A DNA stretch of 64,000 bases from Bryobacterales bacterium (GTDB lineage Bacteria > Acidobacteriota > Terriglobia > Bryobacterales > UBA6623), in assembly GCA_965205595.1 (NCBI GenBank), contig CBDBHI010000080.1, forward strand, positions 46,990 through 110,989, read 5' to 3'. The position numbers and the translations under genes are program-made. The notes beneath the pieces were generated by a model. That model made no database searches. It was given only the letters and a program-made list of their open reading frames with translations, and had not been told where the DNA came from. Positions 1 through 8,940 of the stretch are shown in pieces. Positions within the stretch are counted from its first letter, which is position 1. Each line of letters opens with the position of its first letter.

Positions 1-2
1 TA

Positions 3-206
3 AGAGGCACCGGGCCGATCGACAACATCCAGATCATCAAGGACAACCAGCACATTTACGAACATCGTCCCGGCACGCAAGAAGTCGCGCTAACCTACCG
101 CGACGAAAAGGCCGTCGCCGGGGAAAGTTACTACTACGTGAGGCTGCAACAAGAGGATGGGCAGATGGCCTGGGCTTCGCCTATTTGGGTGGATTACCGC
201 CCGTGA
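3..206 (+). CDS. 3' end of a CDS truncated by the window edge; family not assignable
   Basis: Frame 3 is open from the window edge to TGA 204-206 (...GESYYYVRLQQEDGQMAWASPIWVDYRP*). It is missing from the ORF track only because no start codon lies inside the window. Confidence 0.45.
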   Translation, partial: RGTGPIDNIQIIKDNQHIYEHRPGTQEVALTYRDEKAVAGESYYYVRLQQEDGQMAWASPIWVDYRP

Positions 207-259
207 AGTGTTTGAGCCGCGAACGCCAGTACTTCGAAATTGTCAATGCCGTCGACAAC

Positions 260-1447
260 CTACCCGCACTTGTTGTCATCGCAAGGCCGATGACAAACCA
301 CCTTATGCTGTTCAGTCAACGTGCAACCCACCGCGTCCTCATCACTCTGCCCACACCGGAAAAAGCATTCCGGTTCGCCGGGAGGATTCTGATTAACTCG
401 CGGCGGCCGTCCGCCCCGTCCGCCGCCTCCCATTGCCTCGCGCAGCTTCGGCTCGGCAACACCTAGGGTGCGTGCCGCCGCAGCCATGTTTACGGGTTTA
501 ATGCCGCCTGGTTCGACCCGTAGCGCTTTGGCTACTTTGGCGGCATCGACGCCGAGGGCCGCGGCGGCTTGCGACACCTGCTCGGGGCCGGGGCGAGCCC
601 CACCCGGGCCTGGCCTTGGGCGGCGCGGCGGAGCGTTCTCGCTGACTTGAGGCGGGCGCCGGCCGCGGTTGCGCATGCCGAGCGGTTCGCCCGAATAGCA
701 GCCAATAATGTACGGCCAAGTTTCCGTCGCGTGATAGTGATAGTCGCCCGAATAGTCGGTGTGGCCGTTGCACTGGTCGAGATACTCGGGGCCGTCTTTG
801 GCGACGTAGTCGAAGGCGTCCCATGAATCAATGTCGGGGTTGCCGACCTTCTCCCAACTACTCTTGAACTTCACGACATCGTTGCATTCGCCGTCGAGGC
901 AGCCCCACGGTCCACGGATTGCATAGCCGTCGTAGGCGTAGCCGAGCACCGGCGAGCGGTCGCCGTCTTTCACCTCGCTGAGGCAGCGCTGGATCAACGC
1001 GTTATAGTGATACTCAAGCGCCGTGTGACCCATGCAGGCGTCCATGATCGAGTGGAAGACCGGGTCGCCGAACTCGGCTTCTTGGGGGATCGGCCCCTCG
1101 TTTGGTCCGTAGATCGCCAGGCCCCCGACGGTAAATCCTTCGCTGCCTAGTAGCGGAATCGGTATCGGTTTGTCGGCCTTCTTGGGAGTCAACGGAACGC
1201 GGAATTCGTAGTCTTGCTCGAGCAGCGGGTTCGGGGTGACCTGGATGAACTCGTAGTGTGGGATACCGTTTGAGCGAACGACGAGTTCGTCTCCTTCACA
1301 GGTGGCTTCGAGGCGCGGCTTGGCGTAGGCAGCTCCGGCGCCTTCGTACTTCGAGACGTCGAGAAACTCGGCCGCGGGGCAGGGCTTCTGTTGCGCTAGA
1401 GCCACAGCGGCGCCGCAGGTCAAGAGAATACACAGTCGGACTTTCAT
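260..1447 (-). CDS. YHYH domain-containing secreted protein
   Basis: GHTDYSGDYHYHATETWPY motif. Signal peptide MKVRLCILLTCGAAVALA starts at ATG 1447, 3 nt after the upstream gene's stop, so the track start at 1498 is probably too long. Pro/Arg/Gly-rich C-terminal region with two LGVxxxKxxxA(L/M) repeats and a Cys-rich tail. Confidence 0.7.
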   Translation of the reverse strand: MKVRLCILLTCGAAVALAQQKPCPAAEFLDVSKYEGAGAAYAKPRLEATCEGDELVVRSNGIPHYEFIQVTPNPLLEQDYEFRVPLTPKKADKPIPIPLLGSEGFTVGGLAIYGPNEGPIPQEAEFGDPVFHSIMDACMGHTALEYHYNALIQRCLSEVKDGDRSPVLGYAYDGYAIRGPWGCLDGECNDVVKFKSSWEKVGNPDIDSWDAFDYVAKDGPEYLDQCNGHTDYSGDYHYHATETWPYIIGCYSGEPLGMRNRGRRPPQVSENAPPRRPRPGPGGARPGPEQVSQAAAALGVDAAKVAKALRVEPGGIKPVNMAAAARTLGVAEPKLREAMGGGGRGGRPPRVNQNPPGEPECFFRCGQSDEDAVGCTLTEQHKVVCHRPCDDNKCG

Positions 1448-1449
1448 GG

Positions 1450-2292
1450 CTAGCGGGTCTCCAGGTTGTCGCGCAGAAAGTTGATCGTTAGCGGCCATGC
1501 CTCATTCGCGGCCGTCATGTTGGCCCCTTCGCGAGCGCTTTGCTGACGCAGGAATGCATGTCCGGCGCCGTCGAAGAGGTGTGGCGTGTAGGGTTTGCCG
1601 AGCTGTCGCATCACTCGCGCCGCTTCGGGGATGGTGGCGTTGACGCGGGCGTCATCGGCACCGTAGAGGCCGAGCACGGGGGCCTGAATGCGGCTAAGAG
1701 TTTTGCGGTCAGGCGATGTGCCGTAGTAGACGACGGCGGCCGAGAGTCGGTCTTCGTTGCCGGCGAACTCGAAACTTGTTGAGCCGCCCCAGCAGAATCC
1801 GATCGAACCGTATTTTCCATTCGACGCAGGCAGGGAAGTCGCGTAGCGGGCTACTGACGTTAGGCGTCGAACGACATCCTCGGTGCGGCGTTCGCGGATC
1901 AGGCGAACGGCGGCTTGGGGGTCTTTAGGCGTTCGACCGTCCGGGCCGTATCCGCTCAGCAAGTCTGGAGCGATGGCGATAAATCCTTCCGCGGCGAGTT
2001 GGTCAGCGACCGCGCGAACCCAATCGGTCAAGCCGTAAATCTCATGGATCACGATGACCGTAGGCGCTCGCGTCGCGCGCTCCGGGTAAGTCACCCAGGC
2101 ATGAACTGTGTCGCTCCAGGAGTCGTTACGACCTTCACTGATCTCGACCCATTCGCCGTGACGTGGAGATTCGTTCAAGCGAGTGACGGCGGTTTCAGCG
2201 TCGGGCGGCAGCTCGCCTCGACCGCTGTGTGAGGCGGCCCAAGCGAGGACGCCGAGGGTCAGTAAGACCGGCAGTACGAGGCGAAATTTCAT
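1450..2292 (-). CDS. dienelactone hydrolase family protein (secreted)
   Basis: IVIHEIYGLTDW..., GSIGFCWGG nucleophile-elbow-like motif and a C-terminal GAGHAF motif. Signal peptide MKFRLVLPVLLTLGVLAWAA starts at ATG 2292. Confidence 0.85.
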   Translation of the reverse strand: MKFRLVLPVLLTLGVLAWAASHSGRGELPPDAETAVTRLNESPRHGEWVEISEGRNDSWSDTVHAWVTYPERATRAPTVIVIHEIYGLTDWVRAVADQLAAEGFIAIAPDLLSGYGPDGRTPKDPQAAVRLIRERRTEDVVRRLTSVARYATSLPASNGKYGSIGFCWGGSTSFEFAGNEDRLSAAVVYYGTSPDRKTLSRIQAPVLGLYGADDARVNATIPEAARVMRQLGKPYTPHLFDGAGHAFLRQQSAREGANMTAANEAWPLTINFLRDNLETR

Positions 2293-2335
2293 AGCTGTTG
2301 CCGCCGTCCATGATAGCGTGCGGCGGCGGCGAAAC

Positions 2336-3784
2336 TTATAGTGTCTTCGAGCGATCGGTCTCGTAGACAACGTTTCCATCTACGTCATGAAAGTGCAGTG
2401 AGATCTTGCTTTCGTTCAGAATTTTTTCGGTCGTCACCGAGAGGAATCCACCACCGACTCGGTGGAAGCGGTGGTACTCGCGGTCCTCGCCCGGTGTGCC
2501 GCCGGCATGTTCATCGGTTGCGGGCCCGGAGGAAAACTCCTCCACGCCAGTGGCCGGGTGAACGGAGTGGTACTGCCAATGGCGGTCACCGTTGGCAACA
2601 AAGAAGTTCTCCGGCAGATTGTCAGCGAACCACTTGCGGATCTCGTCGCCCTCGTACGTAAAACCGAGATTCGCGTGATTGTCGTGCTTGTTACCGCGAT
2701 CTGGCCCGACGATCGGGGTGGGGCTGACAAGTACTTTCCAGTCGGCGTCACTTTCCAATAGCGATTGCTTGAGCCAGCGTTTTTGAGTTTCTCCCCAAAT
2801 GCTCTTGTCGGGCCCGTCTTCCATAGGGTTGGGCGAACGGAAGTCGCGCCCCTCGGTGAGCCAAACTTGCAGGCCCTTGCCCCAGCGGAACGTGCGGTAA
2901 GGGAGCGAACTCATCGGCACCTGCTCGGAATAGACTTTCAGGCCCTGCTCCCAGCTGAAAGTGCCCATGTAGTCCCTGCTCATTCCAGGCCAATTGTCGT
3001 TGTGGTAGGAGTCGTGGTCGTCTTTCTCCCAGTAACCCGGGACACTCAGGTGGAAGTTCAAAATGGTTGGGAAACTGTACATGCGGTGCCAGTGAAAGCG
3101 CGCTAGGTCAATCGAGGTTACGAGTGGCGCATCGCTGTCGTAGTAGACCGTGTCGCCCGTTGGCACAATGAATTTCGGTGCGAGTTTGAGCATCGACGGG
3201 TAAATCTTGTAGCCCTCTGGATGATCGTGGTCGCGGTTGGCTTGGCCTGTGACCACGGTAAACGTGACGGTGGCGTATTCGTTTTCGGGAGGCGCGGTTT
3301 CGAATCGTCCGTTGAGCGGTTTGTGGATAGCTGTACCGTCGGTATTCGATGTTTCGGTTTCGACGTAATAGGAGGTAGATGGGCTCAATCCGCGGAGCTG
3401 GAAGTGGTGCGTGTAGTCATCTTCGGCCTTAACCTCGAACCACTCGCTCTCTATGGGGTTGAAAAAATTCACGTTGTCGGCGTAACGCAAGCGCACGCGC
3501 CCGGCCGCGCCGGGCACTGAATTTTGCAGATCGCGCGGATCGAGCTGTTCGAGCTGTGCGCCAGGCTCGGGCTTTATTGAGCGGGCGCGGATGGCGGTGC
3601 CGTCCGCGCGGCGGCTTGCTGACTCGGTGACGCGGGTCCATACTATCGCCGAAGTCGGCGAAACCTCGCCGATCTTGATTCCGGTGGCCTGACGTGATTC
3701 CTCAAGATACTCGACGCTAGGTCCGCATCCGGTCACCACGATGAAACACAGGTTGGTCAATAGCAGAGATCGCACTGGGTGCAT
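2336..3784 (-). CDS. PhoD-like alkaline phosphatase (lipoprotein)
   Basis: PhoD N-terminal-like IGEVSPTSAIVWTRV. Metallophosphatase motifs VPTGDTVYYD, WEKDDHDSYHND and NGDRHWQYHS. Lipobox VVTGC after ATG 3784. Confidence 0.8.
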   Translation of the reverse strand: MHPVRSLLLTNLCFIVVTGCGPSVEYLEESRQATGIKIGEVSPTSAIVWTRVTESASRRADGTAIRARSIKPEPGAQLEQLDPRDLQNSVPGAAGRVRLRYADNVNFFNPIESEWFEVKAEDDYTHHFQLRGLSPSTSYYVETETSNTDGTAIHKPLNGRFETAPPENEYATVTFTVVTGQANRDHDHPEGYKIYPSMLKLAPKFIVPTGDTVYYDSDAPLVTSIDLARFHWHRMYSFPTILNFHLSVPGYWEKDDHDSYHNDNWPGMSRDYMGTFSWEQGLKVYSEQVPMSSLPYRTFRWGKGLQVWLTEGRDFRSPNPMEDGPDKSIWGETQKRWLKQSLLESDADWKVLVSPTPIVGPDRGNKHDNHANLGFTYEGDEIRKWFADNLPENFFVANGDRHWQYHSVHPATGVEEFSSGPATDEHAGGTPGEDREYHRFHRVGGGFLSVTTEKILNESKISLHFHDVDGNVVYETDRSKTL

Positions 3785-3876
3785 TGTAGAGGATTCGAAG
3801 CGTGCTCGTCCGCCGTAACCTCCGCCGCTATACTGACGAATAGTCTTAATAGACGCCTGTTTGGAGTTCACCCCGC

Positions 3877-4404
3877 ATGTCGATCAAACTATCTCAATTC
3901 GCGCTTTCCGCAGCCCTCGCATTGACGCTCTCGTGCGGCACGACGGCGGGAGTCTCCTCTGAGTCCGCGGCGGAGGCCGCCTCAACAGGCGAGACGATCC
4001 CGCTACCTGAGTTCAGTCTGCTTGACGCCAACGGTAAGGAATTCACCAAGGCCGGCATTGAGGGCCAAGTCGTGCTGCTCAATTTCTGGGCGACTTGGTG
4101 CGGGCCGTGCAAGATCGAGATGCCTTGGTTTATCGAGTTCCAGCGGAAGTACAAAGACAAGGGCTTCACGGTGTTGGCGGTTTCGCTAGACGAAGACGGC
4201 TGGGACGTAGTCCGCCCGTTCGCGGAAGAACTCAAGGCTAACTTCCCAATTCTTCTGGGCGATGACGCAATGGCGGAGGAATTCGGCGGGGTCATCGCAC
4301 TGCCGACAACGTTCATCATCAACAAAAAAGGTGAAATCGTGACCCGCCATACCGGGTTGGTAAGCAAGGACGAGTATGAGATCGAAATCGAGCGACTGCT
4401 GTGA
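3877..4404 (+). CDS. TlpA/ResA-family thiol-disulfide oxidoreductase
   Basis: Thioredoxin fold with WATWCGPC active site. N-terminal signal/lipobox (LTLSCG). Confidence 0.85.
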   Translation: MSIKLSQFALSAALALTLSCGTTAGVSSESAAEAASTGETIPLPEFSLLDANGKEFTKAGIEGQVVLLNFWATWCGPCKIEMPWFIEFQRKYKDKGFTVLAVSLDEDGWDVVRPFAEELKANFPILLGDDAMAEEFGGVIALPTTFIINKKGEIVTRHTGLVSKDEYEIEIERLL

Positions 4405-4885
4405 TTTCACGCGCGTGGCTCGCGGCGCCATCGCCGTCGGTTTCGGGCTCGCGTTTGCGGCCACGATAGCGTTCGGTCAGTTCAAGGGCTTTTCCGCCGC
4501 TACGATCGAGCCGAGTTCAGGAGTTGAGTTGTTGCCCGGATCGATCGTTGACGTCCCGGTCGCGATTCGGATTCGCAAGGGATATCACATCAATTCCAAT
4601 CAACCGCTGGAGAGCTACCTGATCCCGACGAAATTGAGCTGGGACGTCGAGCCGATAAGTTTGGAGTCCGTCACATACCCTGAAGCAGAGCAGGTCAGGT
4701 ACTCGTTTTCAGAAAAGCCGCTATCCGTCTACTCGTCGCGAGTGGTGATCCAAAGCAGTTTTCAGGTACCCGACAGCGCGGTCGATATGACCGAACTGAA
4801 AGGAAAGTTTCGCTTTCAGGCGTGCAACGACAAGTCGTGCTTAGCCCCGAAAACTATTGACGTCTCGATACCGATTCGCCGCTAG
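4376..4885 (+). CDS. DsbD N-terminal (alpha) domain-like protein
   Basis: KGYHINSNQP and FRFQACNDKSCLAP motifs typical of the DsbD alpha / DsbC-interacting domain. AGGA lies 8 nt before ATG 4376. Overlaps tlpA-like by 29 nt; an alternative GTG start is at 4415. Confidence 0.65.
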   Translation: MRSKSSDCCDFTRVARGAIAVGFGLAFAATIAFGQFKGFSAATIEPSSGVELLPGSIVDVPVAIRIRKGYHINSNQPLESYLIPTKLSWDVEPISLESVTYPEAEQVRYSFSEKPLSVYSSRVVIQSSFQVPDSAVDMTELKGKFRFQACNDKSCLAPKTIDVSIPIRR

Positions 4886-4925
4886 CGATGATCGGCATTC
4901 ACGATACTGAAATTCTTCCCCGCCA

Positions 4926-5567
4926 ATGCGTAGCCAGTTCGTCAAAGACCTCTATTACGCGTCGGTAGGAAAACTAACCTACTTTTCGTACCTTTGGTCG
5001 AGCCTGCGTTCTTCAAGCTATCGAAACAAGTTTGTGAACATCGGCTGCGGACCCGATTACGTCGAGGGCATGATTAACGTCGACGGGAATCTATTTCGCA
5101 GCAAGGAAATCTGGCTCGACGTCAACTTCGGTCTGCCATTCGCAAGCGATTCGATTGCCGGCGTGTATTCGTCGCACACGGTCGAGCATTTTGACGTCGA
5201 CCATTGCCGCGCGTTGCTGTCGGAATGTTGCCGCGTGCTCAAACCCGGCTGCACGATGCGAATCGTCGTGCCCTCACTCGAGTTCGCGATCGGTGCATAC
5301 ACGGAGAACCGCCCGGGCGACCTACCCGACTGGACTGAAAAATATCGCTCGATCGGCGGCAGATTCAGTAATTTTCTACTGGTTGCGAATCAACACTTCT
5401 TGCTGCTCGACTTCACATTTTTAGAAGAGCTACTGCTCGATGCAGGATTCAGCGAGGTTGTGCGCGGTTCGGCTCGGAAGAGTAGTCACTTTAGCCAAGA
5501 CCACATGCAGTTTGAGTTCAAAGGCGAGCCAGATACTTCGCTCTACGTGGAAGCGAAAAAGCTCTAA
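4926..5567 (+). CDS. class I SAM-dependent methyltransferase
   Basis: Motif I-like VNIGCGPDY and a LKPGCTMRIVVP post-I region (Methyltransf_11-like). Confidence 0.7.
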   Translation: MRSQFVKDLYYASVGKLTYFSYLWSSLRSSSYRNKFVNIGCGPDYVEGMINVDGNLFRSKEIWLDVNFGLPFASDSIAGVYSSHTVEHFDVDHCRALLSECCRVLKPGCTMRIVVPSLEFAIGAYTENRPGDLPDWTEKYRSIGGRFSNFLLVANQHFLLLDFTFLEELLLDAGFSEVVRGSARKSSHFSQDHMQFEFKGEPDTSLYVEAKKL

Positions 5568-5597
5568 ACGTTCTGGCTTCGCTATGATCTTTGGGCA

Positions 5598-6383
5598 ATG
5601 TCCGACGGACTGGTGGTCTACGAGAATAACTCCGGCGTCGCAACGCTGACGCTTAATCGGCCGGAACTTCACAACGCACTCGACGAGAGAGTTATCGCGG
5701 AGCTGACAGGGCGCGTGCAAGCCGCGGGTGACGACCCTTCTGTCCGCGTAGTTGTGATGGCTGCCGCCGGCGCCAGCTTTAGCGCGGGCGCGGACCTGAA
5801 CTACATGCGACGTATGGCGGATTTTAGTGACGCTGAAAACCGGGCTGACGCCGGCCAGTTCGCGAAGTTGCTCGACGCCGTGCATTCATCGCCTAAGCCG
5901 ACGATTGCTCGTGTTCAAGGCGCGGCGGTCGGAGGCGGTGTTGGTCTCGTCGCGGTGTGCGACATCGCAATCGCGTCGGCCGAGGCGTTCTTTCGCCTGA
6001 CCGAGGTTCGGCTCGGCTTGGTGGCGGCACTGATCAGCCCATATCTCGTTGAAGCGATGGGGCCGCGTACCGCCCGCCGCTATATGTTGACGTCAGAGCG
6101 CATCGACGCCCTGGAGGCAATGACCTGCGGCTTGGTCCACGACGTTGTCGCGGCAAATGAGCTTGACGCTACCGTCTTACGATTTGCCGCCCGACTCTCG
6201 CGGGGAGGTCCACAGGCGCTTGCGGAAAGCAAGAAACTTGTCGCGGATATTTCCGGCTCGCCAATCGATGAAACCGTTAGGACGCGGACGGCGGAATCAA
6301 TCGCAGCTCGCAGAGCCTCTGATGAGGCGCGCGCGGGTATCGGCGCGTACTTCGAAAAGAAAACGCCCCACTGGCAGAGCTGA
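5598..6383 (+). CDS. enoyl-CoA hydratase/isomerase family protein
   Basis: Crotonase fold motifs: LTLNRPELHNAL, FSAGADL, VQGAAVGGGVGL. Confidence 0.85.
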   Translation: MSDGLVVYENNSGVATLTLNRPELHNALDERVIAELTGRVQAAGDDPSVRVVVMAAAGASFSAGADLNYMRRMADFSDAENRADAGQFAKLLDAVHSSPKPTIARVQGAAVGGGVGLVAVCDIAIASAEAFFRLTEVRLGLVAALISPYLVEAMGPRTARRYMLTSERIDALEAMTCGLVHDVVAANELDATVLRFAARLSRGGPQALAESKKLVADISGSPIDETVRTRTAESIAARRASDEARAGIGAYFEKKTPHWQS

Positions 6384-6406
6384 CGCTTGTAGCGAAGAAG
6401 GATTCT

Positions 6407-7915
6407 ATGACCACGAAAATTCAACCCTCACGGCGCCAAGCCATGCAAACCCTCGGAGGGAGCGCCGCGGCGTTTCTCACCCGCTGCGGAAGCGGACCCG
6501 GCGAAAAACATCCGCGGCCGAACATCTTGTTCGTGATGACCGACGACCAACAGCACTCTCAGATGAGCTGCGCCGGGCACCCGATACTGCAGACACAGGC
6601 CATGGACCGTCTCGCCGCCGAAGGCACAAGATTCTCAAACGCTTACTGCACAAACTCGCTTTGTGCTCCGTCGCGGGCGAGCATTTTGACGGGATGCTAC
6701 TCGCACGTGCACGGCATCCGCGGAAATTCGGAAAAGGCTGATGCAATCGAAGAGATCGACCCGACGCTTCCTACGTTTCCGGAGCTTTTACAAGAAGCCG
6801 GCTATCGAACCGCCGTGGTCGGCAAATGGCACTTGCGCCAGGAACCGAAGGGATTCGACGAATGGAAAATCCTGCCCGGGCAGGGCGTCTATACCGATCC
6901 CGAGTTCATCATCAACGGCGAAACGAAGAAACAGTCCGGCTATGCAACGGACATCACGACGGACTTCGCACTCGACTTTCTGCGGCGGCAACAAGGCACC
7001 GACCCGTTTTGTCTGGTCTATCAACACAAAGCGCCGCATCGACCTTTTTCTCCCGCGCCGCGTCACGCGAAGCTGTTCGACGACATCGAGTGGCCCCATC
7101 CGGAAACATATGACGACGACTATGCGACCCGTCGAGTCGCAAAAGAGGCGGCAGACATGCGCTTCGAGAACAGTCTCGCCGGCGACTACGAAGATCTCCC
7201 GGCCAACCTTGGCGCCGAAGCTCAACGAGAGTGGATTTTCCAGCGGTTTGTAAAAGATCATCACCGAGCGGTATATGGTGTCGACGAAAACCTCGGAATC
7301 GTCCTCGACTATCTCGACTCGTCGGGTCTGGCGGAAGACACGTTGGTTATTTACACGACGGACAACGGCTACTTCTTGGGCGAGCATGGCTGGTACGACA
7401 AACGCTTCATGTATGAGCCGTCGTTGCGCATTCCAATGCTGGCTCGCTACCCGCGGCTCGGCAAGGCGGGCGTAGTCTCGGATCGGCCGGTGCTGAACAT
7501 TGACATTGCGCCGACGATTTTAGACTTCGCTGGAATTCCTCGCCCGGAGCGCATGCAGGGAACGAGTCTACGCCCGCTGCTAGAGGGGAGTCCTCCGGCC
7601 GAATGGCGAACCTCGATCATGTACAGCTACTACGAAAACTCTTGGGCCTTCCGCGAGATGGCACGCGAGCAGATGACCGACCCGAGTTTCCAGTTCTGGA
7701 CTGCCCACCGCGTCGGACCCAATCGAGGAGTCCGAACGGACCGATATAAGCTCATCGAATACTATGGCGAAGGAGATTATTGGGAGTTGTTCGACCTTGA
7801 GGAGGACCCTCACGAACTCAGGAACCGATACTCGGAGCCCGGAATGGCGGAACTGACCGCGGAATTGAAGTCTAATTTACTGCGACAAAGAGAACAATAT
7901 CTCGAAGCTGGCTAA
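6407..7915 (+). CDS. Cys-type sulfatase (Tat signal)
   Basis: CAPSRASILTG formylglycine signature, DDQ metal site, SRRQAM twin-arginine-like leader. GAAGGA RBS upstream. Confidence 0.9.
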   Translation: MTTKIQPSRRQAMQTLGGSAAAFLTRCGSGPGEKHPRPNILFVMTDDQQHSQMSCAGHPILQTQAMDRLAAEGTRFSNAYCTNSLCAPSRASILTGCYSHVHGIRGNSEKADAIEEIDPTLPTFPELLQEAGYRTAVVGKWHLRQEPKGFDEWKILPGQGVYTDPEFIINGETKKQSGYATDITTDFALDFLRRQQGTDPFCLVYQHKAPHRPFSPAPRHAKLFDDIEWPHPETYDDDYATRRVAKEAADMRFENSLAGDYEDLPANLGAEAQREWIFQRFVKDHHRAVYGVDENLGIVLDYLDSSGLAEDTLVIYTTDNGYFLGEHGWYDKRFMYEPSLRIPMLARYPRLGKAGVVSDRPVLNIDIAPTILDFAGIPRPERMQGTSLRPLLEGSPPAEWRTSIMYSYYENSWAFREMAREQMTDPSFQFWTAHRVGPNRGVRTDRYKLIEYYGEGDYWELFDLEEDPHELRNRYSEPGMAELTAELKSNLLRQREQYLEAG

Positions 7916-8186
7916 CGTGAGATACAATAGCGTGCCCTGAGCATTGATGTGACAAATAGCCTGGATCACGGTCAGTTTCAATCAAAATAAAGCGTAATAG
8001 TGGCCGAGTTCCGGGCCATGCGTGAACGCGGAGTTATGTAGCGATATCTTGAGGCCGGGGGACGGCAAATATCGGCTCGCGGCGCCGATGGTGCGTCGCT
8101 CGAAATAGCCTGTCGACAAAAGCTTGCTTATTCGTACCAACATTCACATAACTGCTACTATGAAAGCCGTAACGCAGTGAGTTATT

Positions 8187-8927
8187 GTGTCGAGCGCGCC
8201 CGAAATCTCGATTCTTATAGTTGACGATGACGCCGCCATCTCTCGACTTGTGTCTGCCATTCTAGAGCAGAACGGTTACGAGCCGATTGTCGCCGAGAAC
8301 GGTCGGGACGGCCTCGATCTTGCTGAATCTCGTCGACCTAGCGCGATCGTCTTGGACCTGGCGATGCCTGGAGTGGGCGGCATGGAGGTTTGCACCCAGC
8401 TCCGAAGCTGGTACCAGGGTCCGATCCTAGTGCTGTCGGGCACCGGAGACAAGGCATCGATCGTCGAGGCGCTCGACAGAGGCGCTGACGACTTCTTGGT
8501 GAAACCGTTCCACACCAAGGAATTGCTCGCGCGACTGAGGGCGCTGTTTCGAAGGGCTAATCAAGTTCTTATACGAAGCGGTGAAATCACAGTCAGCGAA
8601 TTAAGGGTTAATTTTGCCAAGCGCCGCGTCTACAAAGGCAGTGAAGTGATCCGATTGACGCGCACGGAATTCGACATTCTCGAGGTGCTCGTAAAAAATC
8701 TTGACGTCGTGGTGACGTCCGACATTATTCTTGAGCGGGTTTGGGGTCGCCACCACGGCGAGTACGCCCAAACGCTGCGAGTCCACGTAGGCCACATTCG
8801 CCGTCGGCTTGAGGATGATTCCGCGAATCCGAAATATTTACTCACCGAACCTGGCGTGGGGTACCGCTTTACGAACCCCGAAGGGGACACTGCCGACGAC
8901 AGCAGCGCAAGCGCCGGATCCGCATAG
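8187..8927 (+). CDS. OmpR/PhoB-family response regulator, KdpE-like
   Basis: Receiver domain (ILIVDDD, DLAMPG, KPF) plus winged helix. RVHVGHIRRRLEDDSANPKYLLTEPGVGYRF closely resembles the KdpE C-terminus. GTG start. Confidence 0.85.
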   Translation: MSSAPEISILIVDDDAAISRLVSAILEQNGYEPIVAENGRDGLDLAESRRPSAIVLDLAMPGVGGMEVCTQLRSWYQGPILVLSGTGDKASIVEALDRGADDFLVKPFHTKELLARLRALFRRANQVLIRSGEITVSELRVNFAKRRVYKGSEVIRLTRTEFDILEVLVKNLDVVVTSDIILERVWGRHHGEYAQTLRVHVGHIRRRLEDDSANPKYLLTEPGVGYRFTNPEGDTADDSSASAGSA

Positions 8928-8940
8928 CGCCGATGACGAA

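Noticed and set aside
498-831. Several 85-108-aa ORFs on both strands inside the YHYH gene 3' half
   Set aside because: They have Arg/Pro/Ala-rich low-complexity translations and overlap a gene with a recognisable domain and signal peptide. They are shadow ORFs of a GC-rich region.
6145-6741. 198-aa plus-strand ORF bridging the enoyl-CoA hydratase and sulfatase genes
   Set aside because: It is out of frame with two well-supported genes, has a highly basic Arg/Ser-rich translation and contains no motif.
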